The notes beneath the pieces are model-generated. The model was not told where the DNA came from. It ran no database searches and saw only the letters and a program-made list of their open reading frames with translations. This document shows, piece after piece, positions 44,101-55,354 of a DNA stretch of 64,000 nt. Source of the stretch: Eledone cirrhosa. Lineage: Eukaryota. The stretch lies in assembly GCA_964016885.1 (NCBI GenBank), contig OZ024743.1, positions 103,726,001 through 103,790,000 of the forward strand, given 5' to 3'. A program made the translations under genes and the position numbers. The stretch's first letter is position 1. Each line of letters begins with the position of its first letter.

Positions 44101-44432
44101 TCTTGAGAAGCTAGAAAGAACACCACTAGTTAGGAAATTACAAGTACAATCCATTAATGGAACAGTAAAATAGGTAAAACATTCCAAAAATTGTGCATCT
44201 AATAACTGCATATACACATGTACAGATGCAAAGCATATACACATGCACACATACAACTCAAAACATACACATCCACACATACAATAGCATCCATATCTGC
44301 ACATGCATGCATACATACATATCTACCTAGTTGATGTTGTGTAAATTCCAATGAGAGAGTCTTGTGTCTATGTTAGAAACCGACTCTCTCTCTATTGGGA
44401 AAACTTTGTGAAATTATAAAATCAGAAGAACA
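41181..44432 (+). mobile_element. R4/Dong-like LINE, third copy, with internal deletions
   Basis: Motifs are NYRPIAC, WLDYRKAFDSVPHSW, GIFQGDSLS, LFVDDLKLY and VEISCP. It has the same 3' UTR as the other copies, followed by (CATA)n. Confidence 0.9.
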
Positions 44433-44489
44433 TACATACATACATACATACATACATACATACATACATACATACATACATACATACAT

Positions 44490-45094
44490 GGTGGCTGCCA
44501 ACTCGTTTTCGAGTACGGCCACTACTTTATATCCATGTAGGAGAATCCCTACCGATGCGCTGAACGAGTGTGACTTTTTAGTCCAGCCAGCGACTTGAAA
44601 ACTCTGGTACAAACACTACACCTGCGACAATTATTGACACAGTGCTGGGCCCATGGTACCATGTGACGACAAGTGCAGAGAGATCTCCAGATATAAAGCA
44701 ATGCCTGTGCCGTGAAGCTTTTATAGTGAGCAAAGGCACTGCCCAAAGCCAGTCCCACTCTCTTAACCAAGATGATATTTACCAAAAAGCAGAACAAGTC
44801 AACATCATTGGACACCATCAGGGTTGCAGGTGTTATATCAGAGTTTTCCCTCTCCTAGAATTCTGCCTTGACAAAGGCTAAGGGGTCATCTCTCCCGGTG
44901 ATTTTGGATGGCCATTGACTCTTAAGAGCTCCTTTGCCCTTTGACAGGTTTTGTTTTTAGTCCTGCAGGATGTCTAAAGTCACTCTCCTCACCAAGAAAC
45001 CTTGGTGGGGTTGCCAGTTTAGTCGCCAACGACCCGACCATGAGACAGGTTGTACTGGGATACATGTTACCAGTAGCACCAACTGGTGACCTGA
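44490..45094 (-). mobile_element. Internally deleted RTE-derived non-autonomous element, copy 1
   Basis: An RTE-like 5' leader is joined to a C-terminal C2H2 finger (CSVCTRVFKSLAGLKSHTRSAH*), a short 3' UTR and a (TATG)n tail. Confidence 0.75.
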
Positions 45095-45165
45095 CATACA
45101 TACATACATACATACATACATACATACATACATACATACATACATACATACATACATACATACAT

Positions 45166-45772
45166 GGTGGCTGCCAACTCGTCTTCGAGTACGGCCACTA
45201 CTTTATATCCATGTAGGAGAACCCCTACCGATGCGCTGAACGAGTGTGACTTTTTAGTCCAGCCAGCGACTTGAAAACTCTGGTACAAACACTACACTTG
45301 TGACAATTATTGACACATAGTGCTGGGCCCATGGTACCATGTGAGGACAAGTGCAGAGAGATCTCCAGATATAAAGCAATGCCTGTGCCGTGAAGCTTTT
45401 ATAGTGAGCAAAGGCACTGCGCAAAGCCAGTCCCACTCTCTTAACCAAGATGATATTTACCAAAAAGAAGAACAAGTCAACATCATTGGATACCATCAGA
45501 GTTGCAGGTGTTATATCAGAGTTTTCCTTCTCATAGAATTCTGCCTTGACAAAGGCTAAGGGGTCATCTCTCCCGGTGATTTTGGATGGCCATTGACTCT
45601 TAAGAGCTCCTTTGCCCTTTGACAGGTTTTGTTTTTAGTCCTGCAGGATGTCCAAAGTCACCCTCCTCACCAAGAAACCTTGGTGGGGTTGCCAGTTTAG
45701 TCGCCAACGACCCGACCATGAGACAGGTTGCACTGGGATACATGTTACCAGTAGCACCAACTGGTGACCTGA
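45166..45772 (-). mobile_element. Internally deleted RTE-derived element, copy 2 (tandem)
   Basis: Near-identical to 44490-45094 and separated from it by (CATA)n. Confidence 0.75.
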
Positions 45773-46479
45773 ATACATACATACATACATACATACATAC
45801 ATACATACATACATACATACATACATACATACATACATACATACATACATACATTCAGAGCCACAGACACTCACACACATACATTGTACTATTTAACAAA
45901 CTTTGCCTTATTGTGTTTATCAAAGTATATCATTAAACTGAATTATGATTCTCCCACCATATGTATATCCTCGTTAAACAAGAAATCATAACTTTCAAGT
46001 ATTCATTACGGCAAGGTAAATAACCACTACGAGAATTATAGAGTATTCTCCCTTGAATATGAAATAATTCTATATAAATTTTTCATTAAGATTTTGTAGT
46101 ACTTATTTTTGTACAACAAAATAAGTCAGATGATGTTATTATCTGAGACAAAACTGAGAGCTTAAATATAGAAAGATACGTTGGATTAAATAGTGATTGG
46201 TACACTTAGCCTGAAATAAAAAATATGTAAAGAGATGAACATCCTTTCACCGTGGGTTTGCTCGATATGGTCTGGCAATAATATTTGAAGTTGGCATTGC
46301 TGGAATTTAAAATTCGTATTATAAAATCAGAAAATAAGAAACTGTTGATTGTGTAATAGGAGTCTTTGTCTTTGGTATTTAGTGTTTGCGGTGGCGATGG
46401 TGGATGTTTATATCATGTAAAGATCGTTGGTTGATAAGTGAGAAATTTACCTTGCGTTATTGCACTTACGTTGAAAATT

Positions 46480-48100
46480 GAAACAGCCACATACCCCAAT
46501 GGTATAATCAATTTAATCATCAATGAAACATGGAGTGTAATACATGAAATAGTGCTAAACTTATTTAATACTATAATTAAATTCCAACACCATCCAGATG
46601 TATGGAAATTTACTTATACGTTAGTAATACCAAAACCAAATAAGGATAACTACCACTCTACCGGATCATACTGTCCAATAGCTTTACTAAGCATTCTTTC
46701 TAAAATGCTAGAAAAAATGATCAGCAATAGATTATCTTAGGAGAGTCAACGAACATTTTCCAAAAATCCCAGTTCGGATTTCGAGTGAATAAAAACACTG
46801 AGAACTGTGTACATGAAATAACCACAGTCATCAGAAACTCAAAACTCTGAGAAAAGTCGACCAGTTTGATCTCACTAGACATAAAGGGAGCTTATGACAA
46901 TGTGGTCCATGACACTTTAGTCAAAATACTACACCAATTTGAAATCTCCGAATATCTTTTTAACTTGATTGAAAGCTTTTTCACTCATCGTAGCACAAAT
47001 CTGATTCTGGGAAACGAGTAAAGCAAAAGTATTTACCGTTTAAATTGTACCCCCACAGTCTTCACTATTCTTTTTATATATAACCAACATACTTGTTTAC
47101 ATCTCTAAATAAAATTATAGACGTGTCAGGTTTTGCAGATGATATCAACTAATATTCTCCATCTAGTATCATCAAAAACAACAAAACTAAATCACGCACA
47201 ATTTGTTCAGTTTAAATGCAAAAGGAAACAGCAGAATGATGGGAAATTACATTATCCATAGATTCAGTTAAGGAATTGCCCCGGAAAATGGTTTTCTATT
47301 TACTGATAGTCTATCGAACCTAGAACTGCTTCAGTCAAGAAAAAGGGATCGGGTTAGAGATATTGAAAACTTTCTGCAACCTATCAGAAAATAATAATGA
47401 ATAACAGTGATTTGTATACTGGGCCATACTGATATTAGAGGAAATAGGAATGCAGACGAATTAGCAAAAGAAGGAGCACAAAGGGAAATAATTGTTTCTA
47501 CTTTAGGCACAAGGCCAGCAAGTAACCAGTACATTACTGGTACTTTATTTTATCGACCCCGTAAGGATGAAAGGCAAAGTTAACCTTGGCGGGATTTGAA
47601 CTCAGACCGTAAAGGGATGTAACTATGCTAGAAAGTATGGCGTCCAACCCTCTACCGATACTGCCAATTCACCGCCGAGCACAAAGGGAAATAATAGAGA
47701 TAGACTACATCCCAAATCTTTCGCAGGTAAAACCATTAAGCAAACATAGTCAAGGGTGGGAAACATTTTGGGAAGAATCCAGAGATAAGCTCACAAATTT
47801 CAATCCACAACTTTCTCAACCAGATTTGACAACATTCAAAACTTATCGATCATTGAGTAATGCAAGTAAAAACGACTATGCTGGCTTCGAATTGGATAGA
47901 TACCTTTGAACTACATTCTATCAAAAACAGGTCGTAGTAATTCATCTCTATGTTCTTGTCGTGACTCATCGGAAACTCTTTGACACTATTTGTTCCAATG
48001 TAGAAACTATCAGTCTGAGAGAGAGGCCATGTTGAAACCAATCTTTAAAAAATCTAATAAGATTGGAAGTTCAATATTTGATTACAGGTCTACCAAATTA
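46480..48100 (+). pseudogene. Highly degraded I/R1-group LINE with RT and RNase H remnants
   Basis: Motifs are VIPKPNK..YCPIALLSILSKMLEK, SLDIKGAYDNV, GFADDI and GHTDIRGNRNADELAK (RNase H C-terminal motif). Confidence 0.7.
47491..47676 (-). mobile_element. tRNA-derived SINE with 19-bp TSD
   Basis: gagcacaaagggaaataat occurs at 47474-47492 and 47677-47695. Confidence 0.92.
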
Positions 48101-48211
48101 TAAACAAAATCTTTGAGTACATGGAAGCTACGAAAAGATTCAAGAGAAACTTCTAGCTGCTTTACAGCTTCCCTTGTTTCCTATTTTCCTTTTCTTTTTC
48201 GTTTATATAGC

Positions 48212-48310
48212 ACAGAGGTTCAAAAGTGGGCGCAACTGCCCACGGGGGGCGTTGAGAAGGTCCAGGGGGCGCTGAGGCTTCAGGGGAAAGTAGAGAAAAA
48301 GGGGGAATAG
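48212..48310 (+). mobile_element. Possible hAT (Charlie-like) terminal fragment
   Basis: cagaggttcaaaagtgggcgcaactgcccacggggggcg resembles hAT termini. I did not locate a partner TIR. Confidence 0.35.
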
Positions 48311-49011
48311 AGAGGGTCGGAGAGGCTGTAAGTACCATTCCGCCTATGCAAGTGAACGAGTCCGTAAGTGTAAAAACTTGTCTTGCGTTCTTTCTTCTAC
48401 TTAACAATATGGCCAGGGCCAGATTCCTCTAAATGTTGCAACTTTAGAGACATTTATTGCTATCAGAACACTTGTGGCATTTGTGTGTGTGTATCTTTCT
48501 CTCCTTTTCTGCCACTGTCAACCAGTGCTCTAGGAATTGAAGTGTCTTTGAAGAGAGACAGTGACCAGGAATGTGGAGGGAGAGGGGGTGAGTAACAGGT
48601 CAGTTGTAACTTCCAGCTGTTATAAAAATGTTACTCTTTCTATTTCTCTTTCCTAACTTTCTTACTCTCCCCCCCCCCCTCTCTTTCTCTCTTTGTATAT
48701 TTCTTTCTTTTTGGTGTATGTGTGTGTATGTGTGTATATGTGTGTGTGTGCGTGTGTGTGTGATATGACCTTTCGACCTATTCAAAGAAGAATCTCTCTC
48801 CTGAATTCTTTCACTCACATTTAAAGTCTAAGGAACAACATTGTGCTTTGAAGGTAAGTTCTATATCTTAATTCTTTAAAAAATATATTCTAGCTAATTT
48901 TGTCATCATAAATATTATAAACATTTTAATTGATGTTAATATTTTCCTTTACCAAAATACAGGGAATAACATTTAAACGTTTAAGCACATGCGTGTGTGT
49001 GCATCTATCTA

Positions 49012-49075
<64 letters not shown>

Positions 49076-49232
49076 GATGGACACACACACACGTGTGTGT
49101 GCTGAAACGTTTAAATCCTATTCCTTGTGTTTTGGTAAATGAAAATATTAACATCCATATATACTTCGTTTATATATATATTTCCAATTCCACCCCCACC
49201 CGTCCCTTCATTCTATCTAATTTCTCATTCTT

Positions 49233-49268
49233 TCTTCTGATGAAGGACTAGCGTCTGAAACGTGAAGA
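49233..49268 (+). ncRNA. Minimal hammerhead motif (this copy probably inactive)
   Basis: Reads tctt-CTGATGA-a-ggac tagc gtct-GAAA-cg-TG-aaga. GUG is not a cleavable NUH triplet, but the sister fragment at about 61230-61328 (minus) has GAAACGTTAAGA. Confidence 0.6.
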
Positions 49269-49357
49269 CCCTCTTCCAGCTATTTCAAGCGTTAACCTAA
49301 TATATTCCTTCCATATACTATACCGATTGTGTTGTTATTTCAGTTTACCTTTTACAT

Positions 49358-49401
<44 letters not shown>

Positions 49402-49469
49402 GTGAGGTTATTTTTACAAAATGAAAAATAACCGAGGTGTCCTACACGAGTGAAAATATAAAGAAAAAA

Positions 49470-51685
49470 AGATGAAATCGAAAATGCAACTGGAGTCTTA
49501 TTTTTTTTTAAATATATATATTTATTTGGTTCCTTTACCGGTTTCGCAGTTCTTCTGCTTTTCAAAAGTAGAGTTGAGATGGAGGGTCTGTGGTTTTTCT
49601 CACATCTGGTTGGTCTCTGACTGTTACTTGTTTTATATAGAAAAAAGTGGCTCGAAATGCCAGGTTTTTAAAGAACTAATTTGATTGGTTGGTCAATAAT
49701 TATAATAAATTTCGTGCCAGTTCGCGTAACAAAGTTCTTCAAACAAAGGGGGGGGAGCACAGGGTGTTTTTTTCATATATGAGTGTTTGAATTTCTTTTT
49801 ACTTAAAAAAAAGGGGGCCTCACGAAGGCTATTTTTTAATAAACGTAATTTGAATGATTATAAATGAAATTATGGTCACGTGAACAAGTTTTCATTAAAT
49901 TTTCGCGCCCTTATTTGGAAATCTATTCTGTAGCCTTTTTAGAGAATGTTATGACAAGCGAAAGATAATGGTCAAGAGAAATGGGATGGGAGAATTGTTC
50001 TGATTCAGTGAATATGGTTAGTTCGCTGGGTTGTCAGAATTCAGATTTTCTATTAAAATAAAGAAAGTAAAGATATGTATGTTTATTTGTGTGCTTGTGT
50101 GTGTGTGTGTGTGTGTTTGAATTTCTTTTTACTTTAAAAAAGGGGCTCACGAAGGCTTATTTTTAATAAACGTAATTTGATTGGTTATAAATGAAATTAT
50201 GGCTGTCACGTGAACAAGTTTTCATTAAAGAAAGTAAAGATGTGTATATTTATTTGTGTTTGTGTGTGTGTGTGTGTATATTGGAAGATGATTCCATTAG
50301 TAGAAATGGGGGAGGGAGTTGTGTGTGTATATGGGTGTTATGTGTGTGTGTATGGGAGTATGTTAAGATGGAGAGAATATATATATTTTGTGTGTGTGTA
50401 TATATGTGTGTAGGAAAGTTATTCTATTAGTATAAATGGCGGAGGGAGTTGTGTGTGTTAGGGGGTGGGGGTTATTATGTGTGTGTGTATGGGTGTTATG
50501 TGTGTGGGAGTATGGTTAGTATGTTAAGATGAAGAGAATATATATATATTGTGTGTGTGTGTGTGTGTGTAGGAAAATGATTCTTTTAGTAGGAATATTT
50601 TTGAATGAACATATTTTCCTTACTTATTCGTATTTGTTCTAAAAGAATATGTTCATTCAAAAATATTCCTACTAAAAGAATCATTTTCCTACACACACAC
50701 ACAATATATATATATATATATTCTCTTCATCTTAACATGCTAACCATACTCCCACGCACATAACACCCATACACACACATAACAACCCCCTAACACACAC
50801 ACACACAACTCCCTTCCCCATTTCTACTAATAGAATCACTTTCCTACACACATATACACACACACACAAAATATATATATTCTCTCCCTCTTAACATACT
50901 CCCACACACAACTCCCTCCCCCATTTCTACTAATAGAATCACTTTCCTACACACATATACACACACACACAAAATATATATATTCTCTCCATCTTAACAT
51001 ACTCCCACACACAACTCCCTCCCACATTTCTACTAATAGAATCATCTTCCAATATACACACACAAGCACACAAATAAACATACATATCTTTACTTTCTTT
51101 ACTTCCATAGAAAATCTGAATTCTGACAACCCAGCGAACTAACCATATTCACTAAACCAGAACAAATTCTCCCATCCCATTTCTCTTGACCATTATCTTT
51201 TGCTTGTCATAACATTCTCTAAAAAGGCTACAGAATAGATTTCCAAATAAGGGCGCAAAAATTTAATGAAAACTTATTCACGTAACAGCCATAATTTCAT
51301 TTATAACCAATCAAATTACGTTTATTAAAAAAAAAGCCTTCATAAGTAAAAAGAAATTCAAACACTCATATATGAAAAAACAACCTGCCCCCCCCCCCCC
51401 CCCCCGCCCCTTTTTTGAAGAACTTTGTAACGCGAACTGGCACGAAATTTATTATAATAATTGACCAACCAATCAAATTACTTCTCTAAAAACCTGGCAT
51501 TTCGCGCCACTTTTTTCCATATAAAACAAGTAACATTCAGAGACCAACCAGATGTGAGAAAAACCACAGACCCTCCATCTCAACTCTACTTTTGAAAAGC
51601 AGAAGAACTGTGAAACCGGTAAAGGAACCAAATAAATATATACATATATTTTTTAAATAAGTCTCCAGTTGCATTTTCGATTTTA
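49470..51685. repeat. ~2.2-kb imperfect palindrome
   Basis: The centre is at about 50617-50635. The arms are reverse complements apart from indels and local duplications. The same family forms a small palindrome at 32105-32362. Confidence 0.88.
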
Positions 51686-51770
51686 TCTTTATTTCTATAT
51701 ATATATATAAAACGAAGGAAGTGTGGTAACGCACCAGAGTACTCAAAACTTAGGGTAGTAGAATGGGTAA

Positions 51771-51903
51771 TAGGAAAATGTTTAACCCCGATGGCAGAGC
51801 TCAAGCCGTTTCGACGGCTATTTCTGGACTAAATTCTAATTTAGTCCAGAAATAGCCCTCGAAACGGCTTGAGCTCTGTTGTCGGGGTTAAACATTTTCC
51901 TAT
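51771..51903. repeat. Short palindrome of a dispersed repeat family
   Basis: taggaaaatgtttaaccccga...ctggactaaatt is mirrored. The family also occurs at about 2642-2705, 13890-13990 and 34593-34700. Confidence 0.8.
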
Positions 51904-52029
51904 ATATATATGAAAATGTTTATATATATATATATATAAACGAAGACGCTTTGCAGTGTTTTTCAAATTAGTTCCAAAGTATTTTAAAGAATTCCAAAAC
52001 ATTTTTTATTCAAATATTCAATATTCAGC

Positions 52030-52430
52030 TGAACTGAACTGTCCGAAGATATTGAGCGACGGTTTCATGATCTCTTTGTTCTTCGAGTCTCTGAATGGAT
52101 TGTCGACCCCTTCATTGACATAGTTGGAGAAGAGAGTGGAGAGTTAGAAGAGGAACTGATAACTCTTCAAAATGACATTCCTAAATTCTTCAAGTTCTAT
52201 CAAGTATTTCGGTTTCAAAAGTCTATCCGTGACTGCTATCCGGAACTTTGGAAGAAGGTCAAATTATTCAACGTTGCCTTTCAAACATCATATCTGGTTG
52301 AGAGAGGATCCAGTGCGGTCACTCACCTTCTTACGAAGCAGCCAAGGAAGCTCTGAATTACAGAGCGAGGAGATCTTAGACTTATTCTTAGTATAATTCA
52401 GCCTGAGATAGAAAGGCTATCTGGATACAA
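52030..52430 (+). pseudogene. hAT (Charlie/Buster-like) transposase C-terminal dimerisation-domain fragment
   Basis: Manual translation gives RRFHDL...WIVDPF...LEEELITLQND...YPELW...AFQTSYLVERGSSAVTHLLTK...RGDLRLILSIIQPEI. Confidence 0.8.
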
Positions 52431-53371
52431 TATGTATTGTAAATTTGTGCATTATTTTATTGAGTAAGAATATATTTGCGTATGTAGAAAGGTCTCTTTT
52501 TTTAGAGGTGGATTGGGGGATGTTATGAATTTATTATTAAATATCAAAAGATACATATTATATATAAATCTAGTAAAATAAAAGAATTAGATTTATTTAT
52601 ACATAGTATATATTAAATTATAACCTCTGATATAGCATATTCTGCCTCCCATATTTTATTTTTCCCCTTTTTTAATTTATCTTAATTTTTTTATTACTTG
52701 TCTCACTAGCTCTTTTTGATTACCAACTGTCAGGAGTACTCAATACTTCCCTAGTCCATCACGACTTACTAGCTCTATGTGGGCGTTTAAATTGAATAAA
52801 TAAATAAATACGTTGTAAGGGAAGTAACTCCTGTCATAGTAAATATCTATTTAAAATGATATTTCTCGCGGAAAATTACTCTCAGCGGACACGTCAGGTT
52901 GACATGTTGCCAGATGGGGGCTCATGGTAGTATTTTAGGAGCCCATGTAAAAGTTTTGCTTTTCAAAGAAACTATCTGAAGCCTTTGAGAAAGAATACAC
53001 ATTTTTAAATAACTAATAAAACAATTAATCAAAGCAGTTAATCAATAGAGTGTGACTAAATATATACATGTTCATACATACATACATACATACATACATA
53101 CATACATACATACATACATACATACATACATACATACATACATGTTCATACATACACACATCCATATATATATGCCTATACATATATATGTGTGTGTGTA
53201 TAAGCTCACACATACACACAGGAAGACTGTCGCCTGCTCATTTTCCGAGGGGACTTTGTCTAGCATTGAGTTGAACCTATCAGATATTAGACCCCACACA
53301 ATAAGCAATGAAAACAAAAGCAGTGGTAATATGTAAACACACACACACACACATGCATACACGCGCGCATA

Positions 53372-53561
53372 ATGGCTGTATCGGTAGAAGGTCTGACGCC
53401 ATGCTATGCATCATAGAGTTACACCCCTTTACGGTCTGAGTTCAAATCCCGTCGAGATTAACTTTGCCTTTCATCCTTACGGGGTCGATAAAATAAAGTA
53501 CCAGTAATGCACTGGGATAATTGCTGACCTTGTGCCAAAAATAGAAACAATTATTATTATT
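53372..53561 (+). mobile_element. tRNA-derived SINE copy
   Basis: Reads TGGCTGTATCGG ... GAGTTCAAATCC, with an (ATT)n tail. Confidence 0.88.
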
Positions 53562-53880
53562 CGCCCACTTATTCCTGACAGGGTCGTGTGGGCAGAGTCC
53601 TCAAACATTCCTTCCAGCGGGTCCTATCAGAAGCAACTGTCTCTACTTGATCTGGTTGGATCCATAAGCGAGACCAACCAAGCTCATGAATGTTATCTAA
53701 CTATCTTGCTTGGGGTCTACCCCTGGGTCTCCTGTCGGTTGGTCTTACCTGTAAAATCTGTCCAGTGATTCTTTCCTAAGACATTCTAACCACATACCCA
53801 TAGTATCAGAGCTGTGATCTCACAATTCGAAGTAGCGGCTCTACCTAGAATTATTTTCTGATCTCCGAGCTACATACTCT
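53562..53880 (-). mobile_element. RTE-type LINE 3' fragment
   Basis: Minus translation gives RSQL*YYGYVVRM...RRPRGRP...DRTRWK. Confidence 0.7.
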
Positions 53881-54298
53881 ATTGAGTAACACTACACCCA
53901 ACACCTTTATTCAACAGAGTACTCAATACTTGGGATAGTAGAGTACAACTATAGAGATAAAAGAGAAAATGACTGTATTGGATGTGTTGTCTGGTATGAG
54001 ATGAGACGTAATGTGTGTGTGAGATGGGGAGACATAACAAAAAAAAAACAATCATAAAACTTCCTTATTAGGCTGGGAGAGTAAACTGTCGATTAGTAGC
54101 ATTGGCCTTGGATTTTAAATGTTGGGAAATACCCATAGTCAGTATGATCTTTTTCAACTCCAAAAGATGTTATCTGAAACGCAGCAATATACCGCATAAC
54201 ATTGCTTCTGAAGTGTTGCTTCGTTAGTACGGCCTGTAAGTAGTGTATGGGTAAAAGCTGGAGGGTAGATTAATCATTAGCTATCGTCAGCACCGTAT

Positions 54299-54725
54299 TT
54301 TCATTTATCGTTTTCGGTGCGCCCGGCCGATTAACTCACTCGATATGCAAATTAGGCTGCTCAGCCGTTAATATGCATAAGGAAAGTATATACTTTCAGA
54401 CGTTCAATCATCTGGCAGGAAGGTATACGGTGCTGACGATAGCTAATAAGCTTGAAACTAGTACATCGTTCCTTTGTCAGTGTTGAACAAAAGGGCAACG
54501 ATGGTTACTAAACACTGTACGGCTTAATTCGGGATGTTTGTTTACAAACAAACCGAGCATTATAATAAATCTTCGGTAAATCCATACGTACATATATATA
54601 TGTGTGCATGTATGTATATATATACATACTACTGTACGTCTGTATACATATATGTATCTACGTAAACATACTTATATTTAAGTAACAGTCGTACTAAGAG
54701 TGAGAAATTAAATTTCGTTTCATTT
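54299..54725 (+). mobile_element. Retrozyme-like single unit (419 bp + terminal redundancy), diverged relative of the 466-bp repeat
   Basis: It begins and ends with tttcattt. It shares ordered motifs with the 20-kb unit: atttatcgt, actcac, tatgcaaattag, aggta, the hammerhead, gtttaca, agtc.tac, agtgag and aatttcgtttc. Confidence 0.75.
54402..54488 (+). ncRNA. Type I hammerhead ribozyme
   Basis: Reads cggtg-CTGACGA-t-agct aata agct-t-GAAA-ctag-TA-catcg. The extended stem I pairs gttcaa..ctggcagga with cctttgtcag..ttgaac. Confidence 0.8.
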
Positions 54726-55354
54726 TTTCCACATATGTATATATATACAGTTTATAATATGAGATAAAGAGGATAATAAATAAAAGCCCCCCTCCTTTCA
54801 TTTACTTGAAGAAAAGAAGAGGCTCCTATCAGAAGAAACCGAATTATCATTTTTCTTACCTGTTGTACAAACCTGGCTGGACACATAACACTGCACATTC
54901 TAAACGTTCTAAACGTTCTATAGAGTTATGAAATAATACATATGAATAAGCCATAGATGACGAACATCATTAAGTAATGTCAGTTTCATGAGGAGATAAA
55001 ACGCCTCCATCCTTTTGAAGTAAAAATAAACACAAATGAGTCTATAAATCCTGGAAAACTGTAAGTCCGGTATTGGGAAAAAAAAAAAAAAAAAAAAAAA
55101 AACACAAGGGATTGACACTCCAAATTCACTATTCTCCTTTTACTTTGCTCCACTTTTCAAGTTAAATGACACGACGGTTCAGTTATATTCAAATGTAAGC
55201 GCGTCCATTGAGAATATCGTTACGATGTTTGCGAAAATGTAAAACAAATATTTATATCCCATACAGAAATGTTGACTTTTATTTCTATATACTTTATTTA
55301 TATAATTGTCTGTTGATGGATTTTGTATTTCACTCTATATCTTCACCATTAACA

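Noticed and set aside
44549-44620. Host C2H2 zinc-finger gene
   Set aside because: It is a single terminal finger inside a duplicated retroelement with a microsatellite tail, and it is frameshifted in the second copy.
44960-45094. HDV-like ribozyme in the RTE-derived leader
   Set aside because: P2, P3 and CUAA-like pieces are present, but no P1 helix could be placed. It is kept only as an unclassified structure.
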